A model generated the notes under the pieces. The model saw only the letters and a program-made list of their open reading frames with translations. It was not told the DNA's origin and searched no databases. A DNA stretch of 28,645 bases from contig JAVYNJ010000005.1 of NCBI GenBank assembly GCA_038735675.1, forward strand, positions 1 through 28,645, in the 5' to 3' direction. Source of the stretch: Nanopusillaceae archaeon (GTDB lineage: Archaea > Nanobdellota > Nanobdellia > Nanobdellales > Nanobdellaceae). The translations under genes were made by a program, and so were the position numbers. Shown in pieces: positions 21,694-28,645 of the stretch (positions are counted from its first letter, which is position 1; every line of letters starts with the position of its first letter).

Positions 21694-22764
21694 ATGAAAA
21701 ATAAATTAGTTTTAGTTGTATTTTTACTATTTTTAAGTATTGTCACAATATTTCTAGCATTTTATCAGGATTATCAAAGAATAAAAGAAGAATTAATTAT
21801 TTTAAATTTTGAGAAGGAAGAATTAATTAAAAATTTAGATAACCTAAAGAAAGAGTATTATATTTTAAATGAAAGTTATAATATTTTAAGTTATGAGAAA
21901 GAAAAACTAAATAAGAGCTTAGAAGAATTAAAAAAAGAATATTCTATTCTAAATAAAAGTTATATCTCTTTGTATAAAAACTATTCCGATTTGCTTAATA
22001 GTTATCAAGCACTAGAAAGAAAATATGAAGAATTAAGTATTAATTATTCCTTAGTTTTGGATCAATATATGAATTATTTAGAATACAAAAGTAAATTACA
22101 AAGTTATGTTTTTTATAATTTAAATTATGATTTTTCTGGCAAACTTTTTATTAGTACTATTGAAAAATATTGTATTTCGGGAAGAACGCTAAATTATCCT
22201 TGTTTAATTAGTATATTAAAAGACAAGTTTGGATTTTCATATAGAGAATTAAGAACATTTTATGATAAAGTTGATATAGAGGAGTTTATAAGAAATAAAT
22301 CAGGTGATTGTAAATCTTGGTCCTTTTTTTCCGTTGCAATAATAAACTATTTTTACAGAATAGGAAAAATAGATAGTATAATTCTTTATCAACCATATCG
22401 TGGAGAAAGATTTATACTTTATTATGATGGACCTGTTTACTATTACTATCCAGATGCAAAAGATTTTATGATTGATCTTAGAAAAAGACAATATTTGTAT
22501 GTTTTTTGTTATTATAATTTATCAGGATCTCCTGGACATTGTATTTCTGGAGTTTCCGATGTTATTATTAATCCAAAAAATCTTGAAACATCTGAAGTAC
22601 TTTTATTTGAACCACAAGATGGAAGATATTTAGGAACTTTAAAAGAATTTTTAGTAAAAAATAGAGAAGTTTTCTTGTCTTATATTTTTCTACAGAGCGG
22701 ACATCTCTATTTTAGACCGTTTGATTTACTACAATGGGGAGAAGATGTATGGGTTTGGATATAA
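21694..22764 (+). CDS. Membrane-anchored coiled-coil protein with a C-terminal transglutaminase-like (Cys-His-Asp) domain
   Basis: An N-terminal TM helix is followed by ~110 aa of repetitive coiled coil (LKKEYYILNESYNIL / LKKEYSILNKSYISL). Then come SGDCKSWSFFSVAIINYFYRIG, GSPGHCISGV and LFEPQDGRY, which match the Cys, His and Asp motifs of transglutaminase-like proteases. Confidence 0.5.
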   Translation: MKNKLVLVVFLLFLSIVTIFLAFYQDYQRIKEELIILNFEKEELIKNLDNLKKEYYILNESYNILSYEKEKLNKSLEELKKEYSILNKSYISLYKNYSDLLNSYQALERKYEELSINYSLVLDQYMNYLEYKSKLQSYVFYNLNYDFSGKLFISTIEKYCISGRTLNYPCLISILKDKFGFSYRELRTFYDKVDIEEFIRNKSGDCKSWSFFSVAIINYFYRIGKIDSIILYQPYRGERFILYYDGPVYYYYPDAKDFMIDLRKRQYLYVFCYYNLSGSPGHCISGVSDVIINPKNLETSEVLLFEPQDGRYLGTLKEFLVKNREVFLSYIFLQSGHLYFRPFDLLQWGEDVWVWI

Positions 22765-22789
22765 GAATAAAAAAATATTATAAAAATTT

Positions 22790-23668
22790 ATGACACTTTT
22801 TAATATCTCCTCTGTTGCAATTATTGGTGCTTCTCCAAAAGAAGGAAAAGTTGGAAATATTATTTTGAAAAATTTTTTAGAAGATTTTAAGGGAAAAGTA
22901 TATCCTGTAAATCCAAATTATAATGAAATTTATGGTTTAAAGTGTTATCCATCAATATTAGATATAGAAGATATGGTTGATTTGGTAGTAGTTGCAATTC
23001 CTGCTGAAAAAGTGCCAAAAGTTATAGAAGAATCTGGAAAGAAAAAAGTAAAGTTAGCAATAATTATTTCTGCAGGATTTTCAGAGGTAGGTGAAGAAGG
23101 TAAAAAATTAGAAGAAGAGATATTGAAATATTCTAATATATATGGAATTAGAATAATTGGACCAAATTGTATGGGAATTTATGATCCATATAACGGTATA
23201 GATACATTTTTTGTTGATAGAATTAGATTAAAAAGACCGGGAAAAGGAAAAATTGCGTTATTGTCGCAATCTGGGGCTATAGCTTTGGCATTTTTAGAAT
23301 ATGCAAGCTCAAAAAATATAGGAGTTTCAAAAATAATATCTTATGGTAATAAAATAGATATAGATGAAGTAGATATTCTAAAGGAATTGAAAGATGATGA
23401 AAACACAAAGTATATTTTTATTTATATGGAAGGATTAAGAAAAAATAGAGGAAAAGATTTTATAGAAATTATAAAAAGTTATGAAAAACCAATAGTAATT
23501 TTAAAGGCAGGAAAAACAAATAGAGGAAATATAGCTGCAATTTCACATACAGCATCAATGGTAGGAAATTATGATGTATATAGAAATGTTTTTGAAAGAT
23601 TTAATATCATAGAGGCTAAAGATTTTCATGAATTTATGATATTTTTAAAGACTGCAAGTTATTTGTAA
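22790..23668 (+). CDS. acdA: Acetyl-CoA synthetase (ADP-forming) alpha subunit, N-terminal fragment (CoA-binding plus phospho-His domains)
   Basis: Contains VAIIGASPKEGKVGN...VYPVNP (CoA-binding Rossmann), GPNCMGI, and the phospho-His loop AISHTASMVG. It ends at an in-frame TAA (23666-23668). Confidence 0.8.
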   Translation: MTLFNISSVAIIGASPKEGKVGNIILKNFLEDFKGKVYPVNPNYNEIYGLKCYPSILDIEDMVDLVVVAIPAEKVPKVIEESGKKKVKLAIIISAGFSEVGEEGKKLEEEILKYSNIYGIRIIGPNCMGIYDPYNGIDTFFVDRIRLKRPGKGKIALLSQSGAIALAFLEYASSKNIGVSKIISYGNKIDIDEVDILKELKDDENTKYIFIYMEGLRKNRGKDFIEIIKSYEKPIVILKAGKTNRGNIAAISHTASMVGNYDVYRNVFERFNIIEAKDFHEFMIFLKTASYL

Positions 23669-23671
23669 AAT

Positions 23672-24139
23672 ATGGTTATATATATTTATACTAACGGTGG
23701 TGGAATGGGTGTTTTAACTGCAGATTATTTAGAATCTCTTAATATTAGTTTAGAAGAAACCCCAGAAGATATTAAAATAAAATTAAAAGAAAAACTACCA
23801 AATCTAGCATCTTTAAGAAATCCTATAGATATTACTGCTAATGCTACGGAAGATCAGTATATAGATGGTTTAAAAATACTTTTAGAAGATCCAAGAACAG
23901 AGGCAATCTTAGCGATATTGTTACCACAATTACCCCATTATACAGAAAAAATTGTTGAAAAAATAATACAAATAAGTAAAAATAAAAATACTCCAATATT
24001 TTTTGTAATTTACGGCGGAGATTATTCTTTGAAAATAAAGGAAAAATTAGAAAAATATTTTTTAGTTTTCGATACACCTGAAGAAGCTTCGAAAGCTCTG
24101 TTGTTTTATTTAAAAATAAAAAATAAATATTCTTACTAG
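23672..24139 (+). CDS. acdA: Acetyl-CoA synthetase (ADP-forming) alpha subunit, C-terminal fragment (domain 5)
   Basis: It is in the same frame as the upstream fragment, and its ATG lies one codon after the TAA. VIYIYTNGGGMGVLTAD aligns with the RVAIITNAGGPGVLAAD motif of ACD alpha. Confidence 0.7.
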   Translation: MVIYIYTNGGGMGVLTADYLESLNISLEETPEDIKIKLKEKLPNLASLRNPIDITANATEDQYIDGLKILLEDPRTEAILAILLPQLPHYTEKIVEKIIQISKNKNTPIFFVIYGGDYSLKIKEKLEKYFLVFDTPEEASKALLFYLKIKNKYSY

Positions 24140-24177
24140 ATAGTAAATATTATAAGGTTTATAAATAAAAAGCTTAT

Positions 24178-24789
24178 ATGGGATTAGACTTAGAAAGTGA
24201 TTTAAATTATATAGTTTTATTTGATAAGGGAAATCTAGATATAGAAATGAAATATTTATCATTTCAAAGTTTAGACGAAATACTAGAAAGTTTTACTAAT
24301 TTTTTTATTAATTTAGAATATCTACCTACTGTTGGAAGAATTTATACAGATATTTTACTTCCTTTTAAGATAAAATACGAAAATAACAAATTAGAAGAAG
24401 ATTTATTTTTTGTTAAAAAAGGATATTTATTATTTAAAAAAGTTGGAGATCCGTTAGATAATGTTGTTATTCGTGTAAAAACTTTTTATAACATTCCGAT
24501 ATTTTTGGAAAAAATAAAAGAAGAATCATATGTTTTACAAATCTTACTGGACGAAAATATAATACTTGATTATATTCTTGAAGGAAGAAAAGAAGTTTTC
24601 GATATTCTAAAAGTTCCTGTAACTACAGTATCTGTGGACTACTTTTCAAAATCAGATTTAAAACCAATAGAAATGAAAAATATCTATCTTTATCCAATAA
24701 TAATTGAAGTTAGAAATCAAAAAGATTTCCTTAATATACTATCTAGAACAATTAGTGAAATTTATCGTCCAACTCTTTACATAATTTAG
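24178..24789 (+). CDS. Hypothetical protein
   Basis: 203-aa ORF with no competing ORF and no recognisable motif. It overlaps the convergent HTH gene by 4 nt. Confidence 0.5.
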   Translation: MGLDLESDLNYIVLFDKGNLDIEMKYLSFQSLDEILESFTNFFINLEYLPTVGRIYTDILLPFKIKYENNKLEEDLFFVKKGYLLFKKVGDPLDNVVIRVKTFYNIPIFLEKIKEESYVLQILLDENIILDYILEGRKEVFDILKVPVTTVSVDYFSKSDLKPIEMKNIYLYPIIIEVRNQKDFLNILSRTISEIYRPTLYII

Positions 24790-25205
24790 CTAAGTAATTT
24801 TCTTATTTCTTCAACTTTTTTATATAATTCCTCAATTTTTTCTTTCAGCTCCTGAATATTTATTTTACTTTGAATTCCAAATATATTTAAGTTAAATCCT
24901 TCTTTTGATAATTTTTCATAAGCCTCTAATATTATTTTTCCAGCTTTTGTTTCTCCTTTTAGATGCTTTCTTATAGAAGACTCACTTAATCCCAATTCTT
25001 CAGAAATTTTTGTTAATGACATTCCTGCTTTTTCTCTAGCTAAAGCTGCGGCAGAGATGTATAAAGAATCTATCCAAGTTAATCTCTCTTCAGAATTTTT
25101 TAATATTTCTAAATTTTCTTCACTAAATAATGCTATTGCTAATAAGGCAGATTCCAATTTTCTTATTTCTTCTCTTCCAGTTGGTTTTAATGGAACTTCA
25201 GTCAT
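24786..25205 (-). CDS. HTH-domain protein co-transcribed with the KaiC-like ATPase
   Basis: [23 protein letters not shown] is a classic helix-turn-helix. The start overlaps the KaiC-like stop (ATGA). Confidence 0.55.
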   Translation of the reverse strand: MTEVPLKPTGREEIRKLESALLAIALFSEENLEILKNSEERLTWIDSLYISAAALAREKAGMSLTKISEELGLSESSIRKHLKGETKAGKIILEAYEKLSKEGFNLNIFGIQSKINIQELKEKIEELYKKVEEIRKLLS

Positions 25206-26038
25206 TGTTCGTAGCTATCACTTTTTGTAGCCGTTGTCTGATCTTCAATCGCTTTTTTCATTTTAATTATTTCCTCTTGCTGTATATTTTCTATTTTTAC
25301 ATAATTTCCATATATCCTAAGATATTTATCCCAATGTATATATATCCCATTTTCTGAGATATCCATAGGATGCCTTAACATACTATGTCTAGTGTCTCTC
25401 ATCTTCCAAATAATAATAGATCTATACAATTTTCCATCAATTTCATCTAAATCTAGTCTAACTATACCATCTACAGCATGCTCTACTCCAGGACCCCCAA
25501 AGCCTCTTTCTCCTACAGAAACCTGAGATATAAATATTGCTGTACATCCCATTCCAGATATAACTCTCTTTAGTAACATTACAGTTCCTCTTGCAGTTGC
25601 AGGCTTTGTCAAATATAAAGTTGATATAGAATCTATTACTACTCTTTTTGCATCTATTTCCTTAATAGCTTGTTTTAATACATCTGAGAGCTCGAAAACG
25701 TCATCTACTTGTTTTATAATATATTTCTCTCTTTGTATTGCTGTTCCAGAACCTCCAGTAAAAGCATCTATTATTGCAAATTTTCCTTCTTTTTCGAATT
25801 GTGAAATGTCCCATCCAAAATTCTTAAAACTCTTTCTAACAGCTACTGGATGTTCTTCTAATGCAACAAAAATACCATTCTCTCCTCTGATTAGACCATT
25901 ATATAAAAACTGTTTACCTAAAATAGACTTTCCTGTTCCTGGACCACCAGATAATAAAACAATGCTTCTTTCTGGAATTCCACCAAATAAAATTTCATCA
26001 AATCCAGGAATATAGGTTCTTATTTTTGTTATTGTCAT
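25202..26038 (-). CDS. KaiC-like RecA-superfamily ATPase (single KaiC domain)
   Basis: [35 protein letters not shown] (Walker A), Walker B RVVIDSIS, and [13 protein letters not shown], which is typical of archaeal KaiC/RadA-paralogue signalling ATPases. Confidence 0.85.
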   Translation of the reverse strand: MTITKIRTYIPGFDEILFGGIPERSIVLLSGGPGTGKSILGKQFLYNGLIRGENGIFVALEEHPVAVRKSFKNFGWDISQFEKEGKFAIIDAFTGGSGTAIQREKYIIKQVDDVFELSDVLKQAIKEIDAKRVVIDSISTLYLTKPATARGTVMLLKRVISGMGCTAIFISQVSVGERGFGGPGVEHAVDGIVRLDLDEIDGKLYRSIIIWKMRDTRHSMLRHPMDISENGIYIHWDKYLRIYGNYVKIENIQQEEIIKMKKAIEDQTTATKSDSYEQ

Positions 26039-26067
26039 ATAATATTACTACTTTTAAAGTTTTTAAG

Positions 26068-26286
26068 TTATTTCTTTATTAAACTATCTGTTATTAGTTT
26101 TAAATATTCTCTAGCTTCTTTTGAATTTTCAAAACATTTTATTATAGAATTTCCATATTTTTTAGATATTATACTAAAATTATTATTACAAAATTTACAT
26201 TTAATTGATCTTTTTAATGTTTTTTTACTTCTAATTTCTCTTATAAATATTTTTTTACATATTGGACATTTTATGATACAAAACAT
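26068..26286 (-). CDS. Small Zn-ribbon protein
   Basis: 72 aa. CPICKK...CKFCNN form a four-Cys ribbon, followed by a short helical tail. Confidence 0.5.
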   Translation of the reverse strand: MFCIIKCPICKKIFIREIRSKKTLKRSIKCKFCNNNFSIISKKYGNSIIKCFENSKEAREYLKLITDSLIKK

Positions 26287-26287
26287 T

Positions 26288-26740
26288 TTAACATGATTTG
26301 TTTAGTTCATCCAATTTATACTGACTTTTTTTAAAGTTTTCTAAAAAATATCTGCAATCTCTTTTTAAAATATATAAATTATTATAATTTTCTTTGTATG
26401 TAAATATAATAACTTCTTTACTACAAATACATCTACAAAGAGGACCAGTTTCAATTTCTTCTACAAAAATACTTCTATTAATTTTGTAGACTTTAAAATC
26501 AGTTCCACAGCAATTTGTAATTAATTTCAAAAATAAAACCGAATTAGACATTTTTACATATTCTTCTAAGTCGTTTTCATCACATTCATAAATAATATAT
26601 TTAAAAGATTCTCTTTTTTGATCTTTAGTCAAAGATATTAGGTAAATTGAAAAAGATACTAAGAGAATTATCAAAAAAATTACAAAAAAATTATTATTTA
26701 TCTTTTTTATAATTTTTTTTAATTTTTTTTTATTAACCAT
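26288..26740 (-). CDS. Membrane-anchored Cys-rich protein
   Basis: 150 aa with a basic N-terminus and a single TM helix (FFVIFLIILLVSFSIYLISL). The ectodomain has 8 Cys, including CC and CRCIC. Its stop lies 1 nt before the start of the Zn-ribbon gene. Confidence 0.5.
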   Translation of the reverse strand: MVNKKKLKKIIKKINNNFFVIFLIILLVSFSIYLISLTKDQKRESFKYIIYECDENDLEEYVKMSNSVLFLKLITNCCGTDFKVYKINRSIFVEEIETGPLCRCICSKEVIIFTYKENYNNLYILKRDCRYFLENFKKSQYKLDELNKSC

Positions 26741-26790
26741 TTTATTAAATATTTTATTTGTTTTTAAATTTTTATAATTTTATATAGTTT

Positions 26791-27123
26791 ATGATGTGGA
26801 AATGCGAAATTTGTGGTTTTATATACAAAGGAGAAAATCCTCCGGAAAAATGTCCAAAATGTGGAGCTATGAGAGAAAAGTTTAGAAAATTAAGTGAAGA
26901 GGAAGAAAAACTAATTGAAAGATCTCAACTAACAAATAGTTTGCATATACAAGCATTATTATTATTAGAAGATCTGTTAGATATTGCAGAAGCCGGAATA
27001 GAAGACAATTTGGATCCTGGATGTTATAAAATATTTCAAGAGGAGAAGAATTTTGCTATTGAAATGATACAAAAAATAAAGGCAGAATTAGAAACACACA
27101 TGAAAAAAGGAAAGTTTGGATGA
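26791..27123 (+). CDS. Rubredoxin-like metal-ribbon protein with a helical C-terminal domain
   Basis: WKCEICGFIYKGENPPEKCPKCGA resembles the rubredoxin-type knuckle pair seen at the C-terminus of rubrerythrins. About 80 aa of helical hairpin follow, without ExxH di-iron motifs. Confidence 0.6.
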   Translation: MMWKCEICGFIYKGENPPEKCPKCGAMREKFRKLSEEEEKLIERSQLTNSLHIQALLLLEDLLDIAEAGIEDNLDPGCYKIFQEEKNFAIEMIQKIKAELETHMKKGKFG

Positions 27124-27388
27124 ATTAATTAAAAAAATAGAAGAAAGTATAGAATTTTATAATTTTACTAGAGGTTCTGAATCTCAAGCAAAGATAATAA
27201 AATTAGATATTACCAAAAAGGAAATTCATATAGAGTTTAAAGGAAGTTTTTGTCATACATGTGGTGTTAGAGACTGGATTGAAGATATGAAGTATATTTT
27301 TATTAAAAATGGAATTAAATCAGAATTACTTGATATTGAAGAAAAATCTGAAGATACTTTGATTGGAAAATTTAAAATTTTTGTTTAA
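27116..27388 (+). CDS. Hypothetical small protein with a CxxC motif
   Basis: 90 aa containing GSFCHTCGVRDW. It overlaps the upstream rubredoxin-like gene by 8 nt. Confidence 0.45.
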   Translation: MDELIKKIEESIEFYNFTRGSESQAKIIKLDITKKEIHIEFKGSFCHTCGVRDWIEDMKYIFIKNGIKSELLDIEEKSEDTLIGKFKIFV

Positions 27389-27396
27389 TTTAAGGT

Positions 27397-27654
27397 TTAT
27401 CTAATTAATAATTTTTTCTTAATTATAATCGCTTTTATAATTGTTAAGAGAATAATACCCGAATTAATGGCATATTTTATAATTTCTGAATGAAATTCAG
27501 GTAGTGGTAAATAAACGGAAATATTTGGCCAAAGAAAATAAATTAAAAGAATTAATATTATCGCGAAAATAACCGTTTTTATAATATACTTTATTATTTT
27601 TAAAACAATAAAAACAATTAAAAAAATTAATAAGATCATCAGAAATATTTCCAT
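27397..27654 (-). CDS. Hypothetical small integral membrane protein
   Basis: 85 aa with two to three hydrophobic helices. It is the only ORF in the interval. Confidence 0.4.
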   Translation of the reverse strand: MEIFLMILLIFLIVFIVLKIIKYIIKTVIFAIILILLIYFLWPNISVYLPLPEFHSEIIKYAINSGIILLTIIKAIIIKKKLLIR

Positions 27655-27736
27655 TTATTTTAGTAGATTTTAGTTGTTTAAAAAAATTTCTTAGCTTATA
27701 ATATGGTTTATTAGCATCTAACCATCTTATTTATAA

Positions 27737-28471
27737 ATGATATCCGATTATTTGAAATGGCATATAATTCAAAAAGAAAAGAAGTCAAATATTGAGGCTT
27801 ATTACATACATTGCATTATAAATTATTACAAAGATACTTTAAAGGAAAACTATAAATTAGTTCTAGATATCCCATGTGGTAATGGAAGATTAATTCCGTA
27901 TTTAAGATCTTTTGGATATGATGTTTACGGTGTTGATATTTCCGAGGAATTAATAAATGAATGTAAAAAGAAATATCCTGATTTATCAAATAAACTTTTT
28001 ATTGGTGATATGAGAAATTTTTGCTTTTCAAAGAAATTTGATGTTTTGCTGAATTGGTATTCTTCTTTTGGATATTTTGATGAGGAAGATAATCTAAAAA
28101 CTATGAAAAATTTTAATAAGTTGTTAAGAACTGGAGGTATTTTAATATTAGAGGATGTGAATCCAGAAAAGGTAGAAAATCAAAATTTATTTTTTGATTA
28201 TGGAGAAATAGTTGAATTTTGCGAAATAAAAGTTGAAAAGAATTATAGAATATTTTTAGAAAAATATTTTAAAAAAGATGGAAAAAATTTAATATTTTTA
28301 GAAGATTTTGTGATAAGAGTAAGATTATATACTTATGAAGAATATAATAAATTGTTTGAATTGTGCGGATTTAAGTTATTAAATGCTTATGAATACTTGA
28401 GTTTTAGAGAATATAGACCTGATAGCAATAGAGTAGTTTATGTTGCTCTAAAAGTTGCCGAGACAATGTAA
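27737..28471 (+). CDS. Class I SAM-dependent methyltransferase
   Basis: Motif I VLDIPCGNGRL, the acidic loop VYGVDISEELI, and motif IV-like region FDVLLNWYSSFGYF. Confidence 0.85.
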   Translation: MISDYLKWHIIQKEKKSNIEAYYIHCIINYYKDTLKENYKLVLDIPCGNGRLIPYLRSFGYDVYGVDISEELINECKKKYPDLSNKLFIGDMRNFCFSKKFDVLLNWYSSFGYFDEEDNLKTMKNFNKLLRTGGILILEDVNPEKVENQNLFFDYGEIVEFCEIKVEKNYRIFLEKYFKKDGKNLIFLEDFVIRVRLYTYEEYNKLFELCGFKLLNAYEYLSFREYRPDSNRVVYVALKVAETM

Positions 28472-28645
28472 ACTTTTTTTATCATCAAAGATTTTCAATT
28501 TAGATTAGCGAAATACACATTTTGAAAATATTTTTTAAGTTAGGGAAATATATATTTCTAAAAGTCAAATTTAACAGAAAATTGTATTTTTTACGAGCCT
28601 TAGAAATTTATTTATTATTATATAATTATATATTGCTCAAAATAG

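Noticed and set aside
23666-23668. Possibility that TAA is reassigned as a sense codon in this organism
   Set aside because: TAA, TAG and TGA all terminate well-conserved proteins at their expected lengths elsewhere in the window (for example rpl34e, the 117-aa ORF, ppsA and aEF-1beta). A global reassignment is therefore not supported. Local read-through remains possible.
11378-26015. Other short track ORFs antisense to or overlapping confident genes: 11378-11698, 12450-12674, 12770-12979, 13541-13777, 14503-14715, 15147-15596, 16986-17180, 18652-18858, 22300-22491, 23844-24077 and 25806-26015. Also 25130-25357, which spans the KaiC-like/HTH gene junction
   Set aside because: Each lies fully or largely inside a longer ORF that has recognisable conserved motifs on the other strand. 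Their sequences are F/I/L/S-rich, as expected from antisense reading of AT-rich coding DNA.
28472-28645. 174-bp non-coding tail after the methyltransferase, checked for a CRISPR leader or repeat, sRNA or tRNA
   Set aside because: It contains no repeated unit within the window. A minus-strand UUGAUGA word at about 28481-28487 has no CUGA 12 nt downstream. There is no GC-rich structured segment. It cannot be judged further at the window edge.
1-28645. Other C-box-like heptamers (xUGAUGA or AUGAAGA) on either strand. Plus-strand examples lie near 1378, 1664, 4874, 9266, 10764, 11885, 13209, 14367, 15581, 17170, 17237, 17320, 17554, 17713, 18183, 18318, 23393 and 28078. Minus-strand examples lie near 5370, 10495, 25995, 26576 and 27635
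   Set aside because: I checked each by eye. None has CUGA exactly 12 nt downstream followed by a C'/D set. All lie inside coding sequence, where GAUGA words encode Asp/Glu-rich peptides.
1-28645. Split tRNA halves, tRNA introns, rRNA, RNase P RNA, SRP RNA, CRISPR arrays, transposases, integrases and defence genes
   Set aside because: I scanned for GC-rich islands and tandem repeats. Only the two complete tRNAs stand out, and no array-like periodicity or mobile-element-type protein motif was seen. Absence cannot be proven without covariance-model and HMM searches.

Overview
This is a strongly AT-rich, very gene-dense archaeal chromosome segment. Intergenic gaps are short, many genes overlap by 1-12 nt, and TATA-like boxes sit about 26-30 nt upstream of start codons with no Shine-Dalgarno-type leaders. 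Only two GC-rich islands stand out, and both are tRNA genes.

The content is mainly housekeeping:
- secY-rpl34e-rpl14e and tRNA-Ala(GGC)
- a circularly permuted GTPase, deoxyhypusine synthase and a Trbp111-like tRNA-binding protein
- ftsZ, an ATP-dependent DNA ligase, a TrmB-family regulator and a nitroreductase
- a Zn-ribbon gene plus aEF-1beta, and a stand-alone topoisomerase half of reverse gyrase
- a TRAM protein, rpl7ae, PEP synthase, a T2SS-F-like membrane protein, rpl39e, Taw1 and tRNA-Gln(CUG)
- a transglutaminase-like surface protein
- an ADP-forming acetyl-CoA synthetase alpha subunit cut by a single in-frame TAA
- a KaiC-like ATPase operon and a SAM methyltransferase

The split reverse gyrase, the compaction and the base composition suggest a Nanoarchaeota-like (DPANN) hyperthermophilic symbiont. 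That is inference only.

The clearest signal not explained by the ORF track is three box C/D sRNA genes sharing an identical 49-nt core (C7-guide12-D'4-spacer3-C'7-guide12-D4). One is buried in the junction of two protein genes. One guide appears to target the 23S peptidyl-transferase-centre strand. Two conserved small proteins below the ORF-track cutoff were also recovered: rpl39e and the Zn-ribbon gene upstream of aEF-1beta.

I saw no CRISPR array, no mobile element and no recognisable defence system. I could not support a wholly novel multi-gene system; the best candidates for follow-up are listed as findings. All protein assignments rest on motif recognition by eye, because no database search was possible.
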